Translations under genes and position numbers: made by a program
Shown here: piece after piece, positions 31,926-42,438 of the stretch
Numbering within the stretch: position 1 is the first letter of the stretch
Layout of the letters: each line of letters begins with the position of its first letter
From: Gammaproteobacteria bacterium
GTDB taxonomy: Bacteria > Pseudomonadota > Gammaproteobacteria > JAADHS01
NCBI GenBank assembly: GCA_013151745.1
Contig: JAADHS010000078.1
Span: 255 to 64,254 of the forward strand
Reading direction: 5' to 3'
Length of the DNA: 64,000 nucleotides
Notes under the pieces: model-generated
Seen by the model: only the letters and a program-made list of their open reading frames with translations
The model's database searches: none
What the model was told of the DNA's origin: nothing

Positions 31926-34109
31926 ATGAAACCAGAATCAGAAAAACTGTATATCGCGCTGATCAGTGTGCATGGACTGATTCGCAGCCACGAGCTAGAA
32001 CTGGGACGTGATGCGGATACGGGTGGTCAAACGCTCTATGTCGTTGAGCTTGCCCGAGCTTTGGCGCGTCAAGAGGGCGTAGTACAGGTAGATTTAATCA
32101 CGCGTCGCGTATTGGATGCCAGTCTTTCCGATGATTATGATGCGGTAACGGAGCCCTTGAGTGATCGTGCTCGTATTATCCGGCTGGATGCAGGTTCTGA
32201 TGGCTATATCCCCAAAGAACAATTGTGGGATGAACTGGATACTTTGGTGGACAATGCGGCGACTTTTTTCAGAGAAAATGGAAAAATTCCCGATATTATT
32301 CATAGCCACTACGCGGATGCCGGCTATGTTGGCTCACGTCTGGCCAGTTTGCTGGGTGTTCCGCTGATTCATACGGGTCACTCATTAGGCCGGGTGAAAC
32401 GTCATCATTTGCTGGCCGATGGATTGTCATCAAATGAAGTAGAAGAACGCTACAAAATGGCAAGGCGAATCGAGGCTGAAGAATTGACGCTCGCCTCGGC
32501 TGAACGAGTGATCACCAGCACTTTTCAGGAAATAGAAGAACAATACGAGCTTTATGACCATTACCAGCCCGCACAAATGCGAGTCTTGCCTCCAGGAACA
32601 GATGTCACCCAATTTACACCGCCTGATGGCTCAGAAAACAAAGATCCACTTTATTTCGAGTTGGTGCGTTTTTTAAAAGAACCCGATAAACCCCTTATCC
32701 TGGCCTTGTCCCGAGCGGATAAACGAAAAAATATTGCGATACTGGTTCAAGCCTATGGCGAATCCAGTGAATTACAAAAAAAAGCGAATCTGGTTATTAT
32801 TGCCGGAAATCGAGAGGATGTTGATGACTTGGAAGAAGGCGCACAAGAGGTTTTTCATGAACTTTTCGTCGCTATAGACAGGCATAATTTATACGGAAAA
32901 GTAGCTTTGCCGAAACAGCATTTCCGTGAAGATGTACCGATGTTTTATCGTATAGCGGCGATGACGGGAGGGGTTTTTGTTAATCCTGCACTAACAGAAC
33001 CGTTTGGTTTGACTTTGATTGAAGCGGCAGCATCGGGTTTGCCTGTTGTTGCCACCGAAGAGGGTGGCCCCCGGGATATTTTAGGCAATTGTCAAAATGG
33101 AATATTAGTTGATCCGTTAGATTGCCAGAGCATTGCTGTTTCTATTTTAAGGCTATTGAATGATCGAAATTTGTGGCTGAAGTGTGCGGCGAATGGTTTA
33201 AAAGGCGTGCGTGAATATTATTCCTGGGATGCGCATGCGCAACGTTACCTGGATATAGTCCGTCCTATTGTCGAGCGTACGGAACTACTAGAGCGTAAAC
33301 CGATTGCACGGCGACGGGTGCTCTATCGAGATCGCGCGATAGTTAGCGACCTGGATCAAAATTTATTGGGTGATCCACTTGCCTTAAAACGTTTAATTGA
33401 AGTTTTAAGGACGCATCGTAAAACGACTAAATTTGGTATTGCAACGGGACGCCGACTTGATTCAGCATGGATGATCATGAAAAAAAATGGATTGCCAGAA
33501 CCAGATATTTTAATTACCAGCGGTGGCAGTGAAATACATTATGCTCCCAAGCTAACAGTGGATAGATCGTGGCGAAAACACATAGATTATCTGTGGGCAC
33601 CACATATTGTGAAAAAAATTTTAAAGGGTTTGCCAGGATTAAAATTGCAAGCTAAGGCGGAACAAAGTCGTTATAAAATCAGCTATTTTATTAACCCTGA
33701 AATTGCACCCGGTATCGAAGAGCTCAATCGTTTATTGCATCAAGAAGAACAGTCTGTACATTTACAATTTGCTTTTGGTCAATACCTAGATATCTTGCCG
33801 ATTCGTGCATCAAAAGGGCTGGCTTTAAGGTATGTAGCAGACCGTTGGGGCATTCCTTTGGAAAGAATATTTGTTGCCGGAGGTTCTGGAGCAGATGAAG
33901 ATATGATGCGTGGCAATACACTGGCGGCTGTTGTTGCCAATCGACATCATGAAGAATTGTCACAGTTGATCGATGTAGAGCGTATTTATTTTGCAAATGA
34001 ACCTTTTTCTGAAGGCATACTTGAAGCGTTGGAATATTATGATTTTTTTGGCCTCTGTGTTGCACCTGATGAAAATAAGGGTAATGTCCGAACAGGTTCT
34101 ATTTCATAG
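31926..34109 (+). CDS. sps: Sucrose-phosphate synthase (GT4 + HAD-like domain)
   Basis: SVHGLIR..LELGRDADTGGQ..YV, HSHYADA, TGHSLG, NPALTEPFGLTLIEAAASGLP; start uncertain (31896-31926). Confidence 0.93.
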   Translation: MKPESEKLYIALISVHGLIRSHELELGRDADTGGQTLYVVELARALARQEGVVQVDLITRRVLDASLSDDYDAVTEPLSDRARIIRLDAGSDGYIPKEQLWDELDTLVDNAATFFRENGKIPDIIHSHYADAGYVGSRLASLLGVPLIHTGHSLGRVKRHHLLADGLSSNEVEERYKMARRIEAEELTLASAERVITSTFQEIEEQYELYDHYQPAQMRVLPPGTDVTQFTPPDGSENKDPLYFELVRFLKEPDKPLILALSRADKRKNIAILVQAYGESSELQKKANLVIIAGNREDVDDLEEGAQEVFHELFVAIDRHNLYGKVALPKQHFREDVPMFYRIAAMTGGVFVNPALTEPFGLTLIEAAASGLPVVATEEGGPRDILGNCQNGILVDPLDCQSIAVSILRLLNDRNLWLKCAANGLKGVREYYSWDAHAQRYLDIVRPIVERTELLERKPIARRRVLYRDRAIVSDLDQNLLGDPLALKRLIEVLRTHRKTTKFGIATGRRLDSAWMIMKKNGLPEPDILITSGGSEIHYAPKLTVDRSWRKHIDYLWAPHIVKKILKGLPGLKLQAKAEQSRYKISYFINPEIAPGIEELNRLLHQEEQSVHLQFAFGQYLDILPIRASKGLALRYVADRWGIPLERIFVAGGSGADEDMMRGNTLAAVVANRHHEELSQLIDVERIYFANEPFSEGILEALEYYDFFGLCVAPDENKGNVRTGSIS

Positions 34110-34137
34110 ATACAAAGCTAAAAGGTAAAGTGTCCAA

Positions 34138-34428
34138 ATGAAACGGTATATAACATTAATACTTATTTCTTTTATTCAGGGGTGTTCAACCGTTGCCGTT
34201 CATTTAGCCGAAGGGAGTCAACCGACCCCGTATGCAGGTACAAAAATGGCATTACAAAAAACAAAAAAATCCTGGTCGGACTATTATTTTTATGGGCAGG
34301 TTATGTTTGTAGTAGCAGATGTTCCGTTTAGTTTTATTGCTGATACTGTGTTGTTTCCTGTGGATTACGTAAGGCAGAGACACGTTATAAATGAATCACC
34401 CAAATATATGGGTCTGGGCAAAAAATGA
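34138..34428 (+). CDS. YceK/YidQ-like lipoprotein
   Basis: Lipobox IQGC; YAGT and DVPFSFIADTVLFP motifs. Confidence 0.75.
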   Translation: MKRYITLILISFIQGCSTVAVHLAEGSQPTPYAGTKMALQKTKKSWSDYYFYGQVMFVVADVPFSFIADTVLFPVDYVRQRHVINESPKYMGLGKK

Positions 34429-34464
34429 ACAGATGTAGTTTACCAAAATGCCGATTATACCAAC

Positions 34465-35307
34465 GTGTCTAATTGTCGTTTATTGCTTTGTACCGACATG
34501 GATCGTACGCTGATCCCCAACGGCTTAGCGACGGAGTCTGAGTTTGCTCGCCAGCGCTTTAGTGATTTTGTTGCTGAGCCTGAAGTCAGACTGGTTTATG
34601 TGACGGGGCGTGACCTGCAATTAGTAAAGCAGGCAATAGTCGATTATGATTTGCCGATTCCTGACTATGTGATTACCGATGTAGGTACAAAAATATACAA
34701 AATAAAAGAAAGTGAATGGCAAGCGCTAGACGAATGGGCGCATCAAATCGACGGTGATTGGCGAGGTCAGTCAAGACTGGATTTACAACAGTTACTTACC
34801 GAAGTTGCAGGTCTAACCTTGCAGGAGCACGAAAAGCAAAATCAACATAAATTAAGCTACTATGTTGATCTTCAGAAGGATAAAAAAAGAATATTAAATA
34901 AGGTAGAGACTTTTTTTAATGAGTTGGGTATAGCAGCCAATCTGGTCTGGAGTCTTGATGATGAGACGAACCAGGGTTTACTGGATATCTTGCCGAAGAG
35001 CGCCAATAAATTACACGCGGTTACTTTTTTACAACAACGACTTCGCTATGAGTTTGGCGAAATGTTGTTTTCGGGCGACAGTGGTAATGACCTTGACGTG
35101 CTGGCTAGCCTGATCCCTTCTGTATTAGTCGCCAACGCCAGTGACGAGGTGCGTGATGCGGCGAAAAAATTAGCTTGCGATAGAGGTCACAGCCTTGCTT
35201 TGTATTGTGCTGACGGACGGTATCTGACTATGAATGGCAACTATGCCGCAGGTATTTTAGAAGGGGTGTGGCATTTTTTTGCAGAGTATCGGGATCATTT
35301 GTCATGA
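34465..35307 (+). CDS. spp: Sucrose-phosphate phosphatase (HAD IIB)
   Basis: CTDMDRTL, VTGR, LDILP..ANK, SGDSGND; position in sps cluster. Confidence 0.85.
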   Translation: MSNCRLLLCTDMDRTLIPNGLATESEFARQRFSDFVAEPEVRLVYVTGRDLQLVKQAIVDYDLPIPDYVITDVGTKIYKIKESEWQALDEWAHQIDGDWRGQSRLDLQQLLTEVAGLTLQEHEKQNQHKLSYYVDLQKDKKRILNKVETFFNELGIAANLVWSLDDETNQGLLDILPKSANKLHAVTFLQQRLRYEFGEMLFSGDSGNDLDVLASLIPSVLVANASDEVRDAAKKLACDRGHSLALYCADGRYLTMNGNYAAGILEGVWHFFAEYRDHLS

Positions 35308-36179
35308 GCGTGAAACCGCAGCTAAAACCTGTTTTATTTGGTGAAGTATTATTTGATTGTTTTCCGGATGGTGCGCAACAACTTGGGGGCGCGCCTTTTA
35401 ATGTTGCCTGGCATTTACAGGCATTCGGTGGTTCACCTTATTTTATTTCAAAAATAGGGCAAGATGAGTTAGGTGAAAAAATCACAAAGGCTATGACCGG
35501 GTGGGGAATGGATACGAGAGGGCTACAAGTTGATTCGCAACATGCGACTGGCCAAGTCTCAGTGGTGCTCATCGAAAACGAACCGCATTATACGATAATA
35601 GCTGAAGTCGCTTATGATTTTATTGAATATGATGCACATCTGAAAGATACACCGTGCTTGTTATATCATGGTTCTTTAGCGCTGCGAAACCCCGTGTCGA
35701 GAAACGCATTAGAACAAACCCTGACCTCTCACGAGGTCGCTACTTTTTTCGATGTTAATCTCAGAACGCCCTGGTGGCATCAGGATGATGTATTGGGATG
35801 GTTAAAGAGGGCGCACTGGGCCAAACTCAATGAAGAGGAATTTGTGATGCTCGCTGGCGAGTATGACGATTTACAGCAAGCCATGACAGACTTTCAACGT
35901 CAATATTCTTTGCAATTATTATTGGTGACTTTGGGCGCAAGAGGAGCCGTAGCGTTGTCGGCTACGGGTGAATATTATACGGTAAAACCACCACAACTGA
36001 CCCCCATTGTTGATACCGTCGGGGCAGGAGATGCTTTTACTGCTGTATTGCTACAGGGCTTGATTAACGACTGGTCTTTGCCGAAAACGATGAAATATGC
36101 GCAAAACTTTGCAAGTAAAATTGTCGGTATCCGTGGCGCCACGCCAGGAAATCGAGAGCTATACACGCTCCCTAATTAA
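35304..36179 (+). CDS. PfkB-family fructokinase
   Basis: GGAPFNVA, FDVNLR, KLNEEE, DTVGAGDAF; ATGA overlap with spp. Confidence 0.9.
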   Translation: MSVKPQLKPVLFGEVLFDCFPDGAQQLGGAPFNVAWHLQAFGGSPYFISKIGQDELGEKITKAMTGWGMDTRGLQVDSQHATGQVSVVLIENEPHYTIIAEVAYDFIEYDAHLKDTPCLLYHGSLALRNPVSRNALEQTLTSHEVATFFDVNLRTPWWHQDDVLGWLKRAHWAKLNEEEFVMLAGEYDDLQQAMTDFQRQYSLQLLLVTLGARGAVALSATGEYYTVKPPQLTPIVDTVGAGDAFTAVLLQGLINDWSLPKTMKYAQNFASKIVGIRGATPGNRELYTLPN

Positions 36180-36202
36180 AAACCAACGATACGATATGAA
36201 CT

Positions 36203-38167
36203 ATGCGCGATCAAAAATGGTATGAAACACAAAGTAAAATTACTCTGGAGCGTATTTTGCCCCGTCTTAAAACAGGCGGTTTGGGTGAGATAGAAATAGC
36301 AACGGAAACCGATGCAGAGTGGGCGTGTTTTGAACAACGCTTGCGTACCCATTTCCCTCGTTATTTTCGATTATTGCACCAAATTTATGGTGAGCAATAT
36401 GATTTTTTCTATCACCTGGAGTCTACCCTGGAAACCGCGACGCAGATGTGGCTGAGTCGTAGTGATGAATTAAAAGCTTTGGATGCGGTACGTATATCGG
36501 ATTCATATTGGTATCAATCGCATCGCATGATTGGTGCGATGGCCTATGTTGATTTATTTTCTAAAGACATCAGAGGAATGTTCAAGTTAATTCCTTATCT
36601 TAAAGAGCTGGGCATTAACTACATTCATTTAATGCCGCTTTTCAAGACTTCGGGTGGCGATGATGATGGCGGGTATGCGATTAGCAGTTATCGTGAACTT
36701 GATCCTGAGCTCGGCTCCATGGAAGACCTGGTGGAATTGACTGCTGAGTTTCGCAAGCATGGTATTAGTCTCGCGTTGGACTTTGTATTTAATCATACCT
36801 CCGATGAACACGAGTGGGCGAAAAAAGCGTTGGCGGGAATCGAAGAATATCAAACGTATTATCATATGTTTCCTGACCGAAACATGCCCGATCAGTATGA
36901 GCAAACTATTATCCCCGTTTTTCCTGATGAACAATCCGGTTGTTTTACTTACAGTAGCAAAATTCGCAAATGGGTATGGACAACTTTTCACAATTATCAG
37001 TGGGATTTGAACTACAAAAATCCTGAAGTTTTCAATGCTATGGTTCGTGAAATGCTCTTTCTCGCTAATCAAGGCGTTGAGATATTGCGTTTGGATGCCG
37101 TTGCTTTCTTATGGAAAAAAATGGGTACAGATTGTCAAAACCAACCCGAAGCTCATACTATTATACAGGCGTTTAATTGTATGGTTCAGATCGCAGCCCC
37201 TGCCATGATTTTTAAATCTGAAGCGATAGTTCATCCCGATGAAGTGAATAAATATATTAGCGAAGGGGAGTGCCAGCTTTCATATAACCCGCAATTAATG
37301 GCTTTGTTATGGAATACTTTAGCTACACAGGATACCAGCTTGCTGAGACATGCATTAGAAAAACGTTTCGAATTGCCGAGTGGCTGCGCATGGGTTAATT
37401 ATGTGCGTTGTCATGATGATATAGGTTGGGTTTTCTCTGATGATGATGCGAGGGAATTGAGTATTGAGCCGAGCGATCATCGACATTTTCTAACCGATTT
37501 TTTTGTCGGGCGTTTTCCTGGAAGTTTTGCTCGTGGTTTGCCTTTTCAAGAAAACCCAGAAACAAAGGATGCCAGAGTATCGGGTACCCTCGCTTCGCTA
37601 GCAGGGTTAGAAAAGGCGTTGGCTGAAAAAAATGAAATTGAAACAGACTTAGCCATTCGTCGTATGGTTTTATTGTATGGCGTCGTCTATACGATTGGTG
37701 GTATTCCCATGCTTTATCTGGGTGATGAGTTAGGTATGCTGAATGACTATAGTTATGAAGAGGATCCGGAAAAAATGGGTGATACCCGTTGGATACATCG
37801 TCCACGGTTTGATTGGGCTTTGGCAAAAAAGCGTTCTGACCGGGATAGTTTAATCCAAAAAATTCACTCGGGGATGTTGAAATTAGCACAATTGCGTCAG
37901 CAAAATCTTGCTTTTACACGCGCAGAAACAGAAATTGTAAATACAGGAAATGCACATGTTTTAGGTTATTTTCGACATCATGATGAGCAAAGTGTCCTTG
38001 TTCTGGCTAACTTTTCGGATCAAGAGCAAGTCATTTCAGCGAAACGTTTACGGTTGCTAGGCTTGCGTAAAGCCATTACCGACATCGTTGCAGGTAAAAC
38101 GGTGATTGCAACGCAACAGCTTGAAATTGACGCCTATCAGCTGATGATCTTGATTGTCGTGCGTTAA
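36203..38167 (+). CDS. ams: Amylosucrase (GH13)
   Basis: YVDLF, HLMPLF, DGGYA, DFVFNHTS, LRLDAVAF, KSEAIVHP, YVRCHDDIGW. Confidence 0.9.
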   Translation: MRDQKWYETQSKITLERILPRLKTGGLGEIEIATETDAEWACFEQRLRTHFPRYFRLLHQIYGEQYDFFYHLESTLETATQMWLSRSDELKALDAVRISDSYWYQSHRMIGAMAYVDLFSKDIRGMFKLIPYLKELGINYIHLMPLFKTSGGDDDGGYAISSYRELDPELGSMEDLVELTAEFRKHGISLALDFVFNHTSDEHEWAKKALAGIEEYQTYYHMFPDRNMPDQYEQTIIPVFPDEQSGCFTYSSKIRKWVWTTFHNYQWDLNYKNPEVFNAMVREMLFLANQGVEILRLDAVAFLWKKMGTDCQNQPEAHTIIQAFNCMVQIAAPAMIFKSEAIVHPDEVNKYISEGECQLSYNPQLMALLWNTLATQDTSLLRHALEKRFELPSGCAWVNYVRCHDDIGWVFSDDDARELSIEPSDHRHFLTDFFVGRFPGSFARGLPFQENPETKDARVSGTLASLAGLEKALAEKNEIETDLAIRRMVLLYGVVYTIGGIPMLYLGDELGMLNDYSYEEDPEKMGDTRWIHRPRFDWALAKKRSDRDSLIQKIHSGMLKLAQLRQQNLAFTRAETEIVNTGNAHVLGYFRHHDEQSVLVLANFSDQEQVISAKRLRLLGLRKAITDIVAGKTVIATQQLEIDAYQLMILIVVR

Positions 38168-38279
38168 TTCATACCTCTGCTTTAATTCTAGAAAACGCAG
38201 TTGCTCAGTACGCGCTCGAAATTGAGCGTGTTACGATATAGATAAATAACAAAAATCAATTCACTAGGAAATAATAAAA

Positions 38280-38669
38280 ATGAGAAAAATAATTTATTTA
38301 ATGACCTGCCTGTTTTCCGTTGCTGTTTTTGCCGAGGGTAATTCAGGTATGCAAATGGATATGCAACAGAAGATGATGGAACAGCTGAAAAAAGCTCAAA
38401 ACTGTATGCAAAATATCGACTCATCGGTGTTTGACAAATTAGAGCAAGAAGGAAAAAAAATGGATGCTGAGGTCAAACTTCTGTGCGCTGATGGACAACG
38501 TGATGAAGCTCAAAAAAAAGCAATGGACTATGCCAAAGAAGTGATGAATCGACCCGCAATCAAGAAAATGAAAAAATGTAGCGAAATATTAGACGGTATG
38601 GCTTCGAAAATGCCATTTGATGATATTGACAAAAAATTTCAAGATCGACATGTATGCGATGAAATATAA
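38280..38669 (+). CDS. Secreted helical hypothetical protein
   Basis: Signal peptide (AVFA|E), Met/Gln-rich, four Cys in mature region. Confidence 0.75.
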   Translation: MRKIIYLMTCLFSVAVFAEGNSGMQMDMQQKMMEQLKKAQNCMQNIDSSVFDKLEQEGKKMDAEVKLLCADGQRDEAQKKAMDYAKEVMNRPAIKKMKKCSEILDGMASKMPFDDIDKKFQDRHVCDEI

Positions 38670-38685
38670 ACGCACTTAAAAACAA

Positions 38686-40137
38686 TTGAAGTTCATGAAA
38701 TCGTGTTCTCGTTTCTTGCCTGCTTATCGGTTGCCAGCAAAGCCAATGGCAATCTGGATCCTGTTGTTCGGTGCAATGGTGTTGAGCGGTTGTGCCACTA
38801 ATTCAATTTTTAGTGCCTATCCCTCTCAAATAGAGGGAATCAAACAGCAGATTATGGCAGGTGAGTTTTCTGAGGCGCAGGCATTATTGGAGGAAAAGAG
38901 CCAAGGGTCGGATAAAATGCTCTACCTAATGGAGCGAGGGCGTATCTCCCAGATTGCCGGAGACATTAAAGCAAGTATTCTAGATTTTGAACAAGTCATA
39001 GATGGGTTTGAAGCCAATGAAGCTGCGGCAAAAATTACCGCTTCCGGTGCCGTAAACAAAGCGAGTGCGGTGTTATTGAATGAAAATGTGCTTCCATATA
39101 AAGGTCATGCTTATGAGCGAATTTTTGTCTATAGTTTTCAGGCGCTGAACTTTCTTTATCAGCGGAATTTGGAGGCAGCAGCTGTTGAGGTACGACGCGC
39201 TAACTTGGAGCAAAATCTGGCGCTACTTAAGTATGAAAAAGAACTGATCAAGGCGGAAAAGCAAGATGCGAAAAACGGCAATGTGGCGGCAACCATTGCT
39301 CAAAACAGGCGTTACAAAGAAACATTTTCATCGTTGAACTCGCTTTCATCAAAGGTCAAAAACTCTTTTCAAAATGCCTATACATTTTATATATCGGGGC
39401 TAATATATGAAATTAATGGCGAGTATAATGACGCTTATATCGACTATAAAAAGGCATTGGACATCTACCCTGATAATCGTTACCTGCGAGGTGATGTCGT
39501 CTATTTGGGGCAACGACTCGGAATGACGGAAGATTTGGCCTTGATGGCGGCGGGGGGGATAGAAAAAACAGCCTCTCCAGCCAAAGGAAAAGGTAAACTG
39601 GTTGTGCTTTATGAGCAAGGTTATGCGCCAAAAAAGCAAGAAATCAATCTTTTACTTGACTTGCGTGGTGTACCTAATAATCTGGTATTTCCGACTTATT
39701 TTAACCCGCAGAAAAACTATCGTGCACTGGTTGTCGGGCTATACGGTCAACGTCTCGGAGAGACCCAAACCATTGTTAACGTTTCGGCTTTGGCGGCCAA
39801 AGCGCTAAAAGAACAGTTACCAGGCATGATGGTTCGGCAAGGCTTACGTGCCATGGCTCGTGAACAGTTGAAATCTCAACAAGGAGACAATCTTGTTAGT
39901 GCACTGGTGGGTTTGGGGCAATTACTGTTGAATCGAGCGGATCTACGTAGCTGGTTGACCTTGCCAGCCGAGGTCCAGATGATGCATTCTATTGTGGATT
40001 CTGGGCAACAGACCTTGATTTTGAAAGACGGGATTCACAACGCTGAAATAAACATCAATATTTTGCCGGGACGGACTACGGTGGTGCATGTGATTGCTGT
40101 TGGTGGCCAGTTGCGTACGCGAGTGATAACGATATAG
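38686..40137 (+). CDS. COG3014-type TPR-like lipoprotein
   Basis: Lipobox LSGC; MERGR, Y.G..YE, AAVEVRRA, RADLRSWLTLP; adjacent to ycfL/lpoB; start uncertain. Confidence 0.8.
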   Translation: MKFMKSCSRFLPAYRLPAKPMAIWILLFGAMVLSGCATNSIFSAYPSQIEGIKQQIMAGEFSEAQALLEEKSQGSDKMLYLMERGRISQIAGDIKASILDFEQVIDGFEANEAAAKITASGAVNKASAVLLNENVLPYKGHAYERIFVYSFQALNFLYQRNLEAAAVEVRRANLEQNLALLKYEKELIKAEKQDAKNGNVAATIAQNRRYKETFSSLNSLSSKVKNSFQNAYTFYISGLIYEINGEYNDAYIDYKKALDIYPDNRYLRGDVVYLGQRLGMTEDLALMAAGGIEKTASPAKGKGKLVVLYEQGYAPKKQEINLLLDLRGVPNNLVFPTYFNPQKNYRALVVGLYGQRLGETQTIVNVSALAAKALKEQLPGMMVRQGLRAMAREQLKSQQGDNLVSALVGLGQLLLNRADLRSWLTLPAEVQMMHSIVDSGQQTLILKDGIHNAEININILPGRTTVVHVIAVGGQLRTRVITI

Positions 40138-40146
40138 AATGAACTC

Positions 40147-40307
40147 TATACCCGTGGCGTTTGAGATTTAGGTGTTAGTGTGCGTTCAATTCATTTCATG
40201 GTAAGTCAAAATGACGAGTAATAGCTGGCTATTGCGAGGAATTTTAACGCCGCCATGGAATGAAGAGGACATGCAATCACACCTAAATCTCAGACGCCAC
40301 GGGTATA
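40147..40307 (+). mobile_element. Palindromic MITE/ERIC-like element, family I, interior type b
   Basis: Near-perfect 29 bp TIRs tatacccgtggcgtttgagatttaggtgt / acacctaaatctcagacgccacgggtata; central aatagc-tg-gctatt hairpin. Confidence 0.9.
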
Positions 40308-40397
40308 TACTTAAGCGAGTGCAATGTCCGCCCTGACATGGAAAGGTCGTGTCATGGCCATAATCTTAATTGCCGCGGGTGTATAATGGAGATCAAT

Positions 40398-40826
40398 ATG
40401 AAAAGAGCCAAAACGAGCAACCAAAATTATTTTGCAAGGGTTTTTGCTTCGGTATTATTGGTGGCATTGCTGAGTGCTTGCAGTACCTCAGGCCTTGAGG
40501 CGATCGGTACGCCGGATGACGCAGAGGTTCAAAAACATCTGCTGATACACAATGATGCTCTTGCTAAAAAAATTACTATTTCCGATATGCGCACACGAAA
40601 AACAGGAGGGTTACTTGAGGTTAAGTTGACGTTGAGTAACCTCACTCCTCGCGATAAAGCCGTGTCATACCGTTTTTCCTGGTTCGATGATGATGAATTT
40701 GAAGTAGAGGCGGGTGTCGATGGGTGGACACCGGTGAGCCTGCATGGTGCACAGAGTATTAGTGTACAGGGGGTGGCACCCAATGGTTCTGTGAAGAGTT
40801 ATCGTTTAAACGTAAAGGGACAATAG
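40398..40826 (+). CDS. YcfL/DUF1425 lipoprotein
   Basis: Lipobox LSAC; YRFSWFD..W.PV.L motif; directly upstream of lpoB; ATG 40398 after GGAG. Confidence 0.82.
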   Translation: MKRAKTSNQNYFARVFASVLLVALLSACSTSGLEAIGTPDDAEVQKHLLIHNDALAKKITISDMRTRKTGGLLEVKLTLSNLTPRDKAVSYRFSWFDDDEFEVEAGVDGWTPVSLHGAQSISVQGVAPNGSVKSYRLNVKGQ

Positions 40827-41435
40827 ATGTTGATGAAAAAACGTTCGATCTTGCTTGGGCTATCAATCACTGCATCACTGCTTTTATTACAGGCTTGTGC
40901 GAGTAAAGTGGCCTATGAAGACGCGACCGAGGTTGAGACAACAACCCTCGAGTTCGGTTCTACTGATTTGCAGCAGATTGCGGTTAAAATGGTCGATTCG
41001 GTATTATCTTTTCCGCCGGTAGTTGAAGTGACGAACCAGCGTCGTCCAGTGATGTTTGTTGATAAAATCAAAAACAAAACTACGGAGCATATTGATACAG
41101 AGTCGATTACAGATACGATTTCTACTCGTATTTTGCGTTCTGGAAAATTTCGTTTTGTCGATATGACTAAAGCAGCGGAAGTACGCGAGCAACTGGCATT
41201 TCAAAATGAAAGTGGTATGGTTAACCGTAATACAGCGGCACAAATCGGGCGTCAGATCGGAGCGGAATACATGATGTACGGTAACCTGAGCAGCATTGTG
41301 AAAAAAAATAATAAAGTGAAGGATGTCTATTACAAGTTTACCCTTAAGCTAATGCATCTTGAGAGTGGCATTATTGAGTGGTCTGATGAAAAAGAGATTC
41401 GCAAACGGCGCAAAAAGTCGCTATTTGGGTTATAG
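40827..41435 (+). CDS. lpoB: Penicillin-binding protein activator LpoB
   Basis: Lipobox LQAC; FGSTDL, KNKTTEHIDT, GIIEWSDEKEIRK. Confidence 0.88.
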   Translation: MLMKKRSILLGLSITASLLLLQACASKVAYEDATEVETTTLEFGSTDLQQIAVKMVDSVLSFPPVVEVTNQRRPVMFVDKIKNKTTEHIDTESITDTISTRILRSGKFRFVDMTKAAEVREQLAFQNESGMVNRNTAAQIGRQIGAEYMMYGNLSSIVKKNNKVKDVYYKFTLKLMHLESGIIEWSDEKEIRKRRKKSLFGL

Positions 41436-41501
41436 GGTGGACAGGGGAAACGTAGCTAACAAATAAGAAAAACGGGTGTTTTAAAACTGGGAACAACGCA
41501 T

Positions 41502-41645
41502 ATGGATCCGTGGTTAAAAGAAAACATGCACAGTATCATGATGGTTATTGGTGCTGCTAGTTTAGTGGGTGTTATTGGTATATTTGTGACCTATTTCGTA
41601 ATTAAGCGACGCATCCAAAAAAAGAAAAACAAGGATGCTGCGTAG
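41502..41645 (+). CDS. Small single-TM membrane protein (47 aa, not in ORF track)
   Basis: MDPWLKENMHSIMMVIGAASLVGVIGIFVTYFVIKRRIQKKKNKDAA; TM helix then basic tail. Confidence 0.6.
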   Translation: MDPWLKENMHSIMMVIGAASLVGVIGIFVTYFVIKRRIQKKKNKDAA

Positions 41646-41708
41646 AGATTTTGTCAGGATAAATTTTGCTTGTTTTCTATTTTTTATTGAACAGGCTGGG
41701 GGCATATA

Positions 41709-42230
41709 ATGTACAAGCGAGCGGTGTTTTATTCTTTCATTTCGATGGCGGTGGTCTTGCTGACGGGTTGTAGTTTGGGCATGAGTGTAACAGGTAGCGC
41801 GGTGATGCTCAAAGGAGATCTTCCAATGCAGCCTTCACCTGTTGAGCAGGTACAGATTTTATTGGAAACTGAAAATATCGATTACCAAGTCGTTGCACTG
41901 GTTAATGCCAGCGTTAGTTTGGCTGAACCTGTGGATATTGCTATTGCTGAAGGCAAAGTACTCCAGGAGTTGAAAAATCAAGCTGCTCTCGCGGGTGCAA
42001 ATGGCATTCTTGAAGTGGTTCGCGAAGTGTTAGTGGGGGATGCCTTGATTTCTACAATGCGTTATGGAGGGGTTGATGGTCATAGTCCTCTTGACCATAA
42101 TACTCTTGATCATGATCGACATGATTTAACACAAACCTTACCCATAGAGTATAGTTCAATCGATTCCAGTCGAACCTCTATCTCTCAGTCTTATACGGTG
42201 TATTTTAGAGGTAAAGCAGTGCGCTTTTAG
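41709..42230 (+). CDS. Hypothetical lipoprotein
   Basis: Lipobox LTGC; LKNQAALAGANGI segment resembles YbjQ/RcsF-like folds. Confidence 0.7.
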   Translation: MYKRAVFYSFISMAVVLLTGCSLGMSVTGSAVMLKGDLPMQPSPVEQVQILLETENIDYQVVALVNASVSLAEPVDIAIAEGKVLQELKNQAALAGANGILEVVREVLVGDALISTMRYGGVDGHSPLDHNTLDHDRHDLTQTLPIEYSSIDSSRTSISQSYTVYFRGKAVRF

Positions 42231-42438
42231 CAGGTGGTTGGTTTTTTCAGGATAGGCTGATGCCGGGTTTTCTTACTACAGTGGCGATGTTTTTTTGTTG
42301 CTAAACCGACTAAGTACTTCCCCTTACGTGCGGGATGAGTTGAAAATTCTCCTGGAGAAAATGACTTGATATTTGTTTTTGTTTGTGTAAAATGCCTGAA
42401 ACTTTCTTCCTGAAGTCAGACATTACGCAGATAGTACA

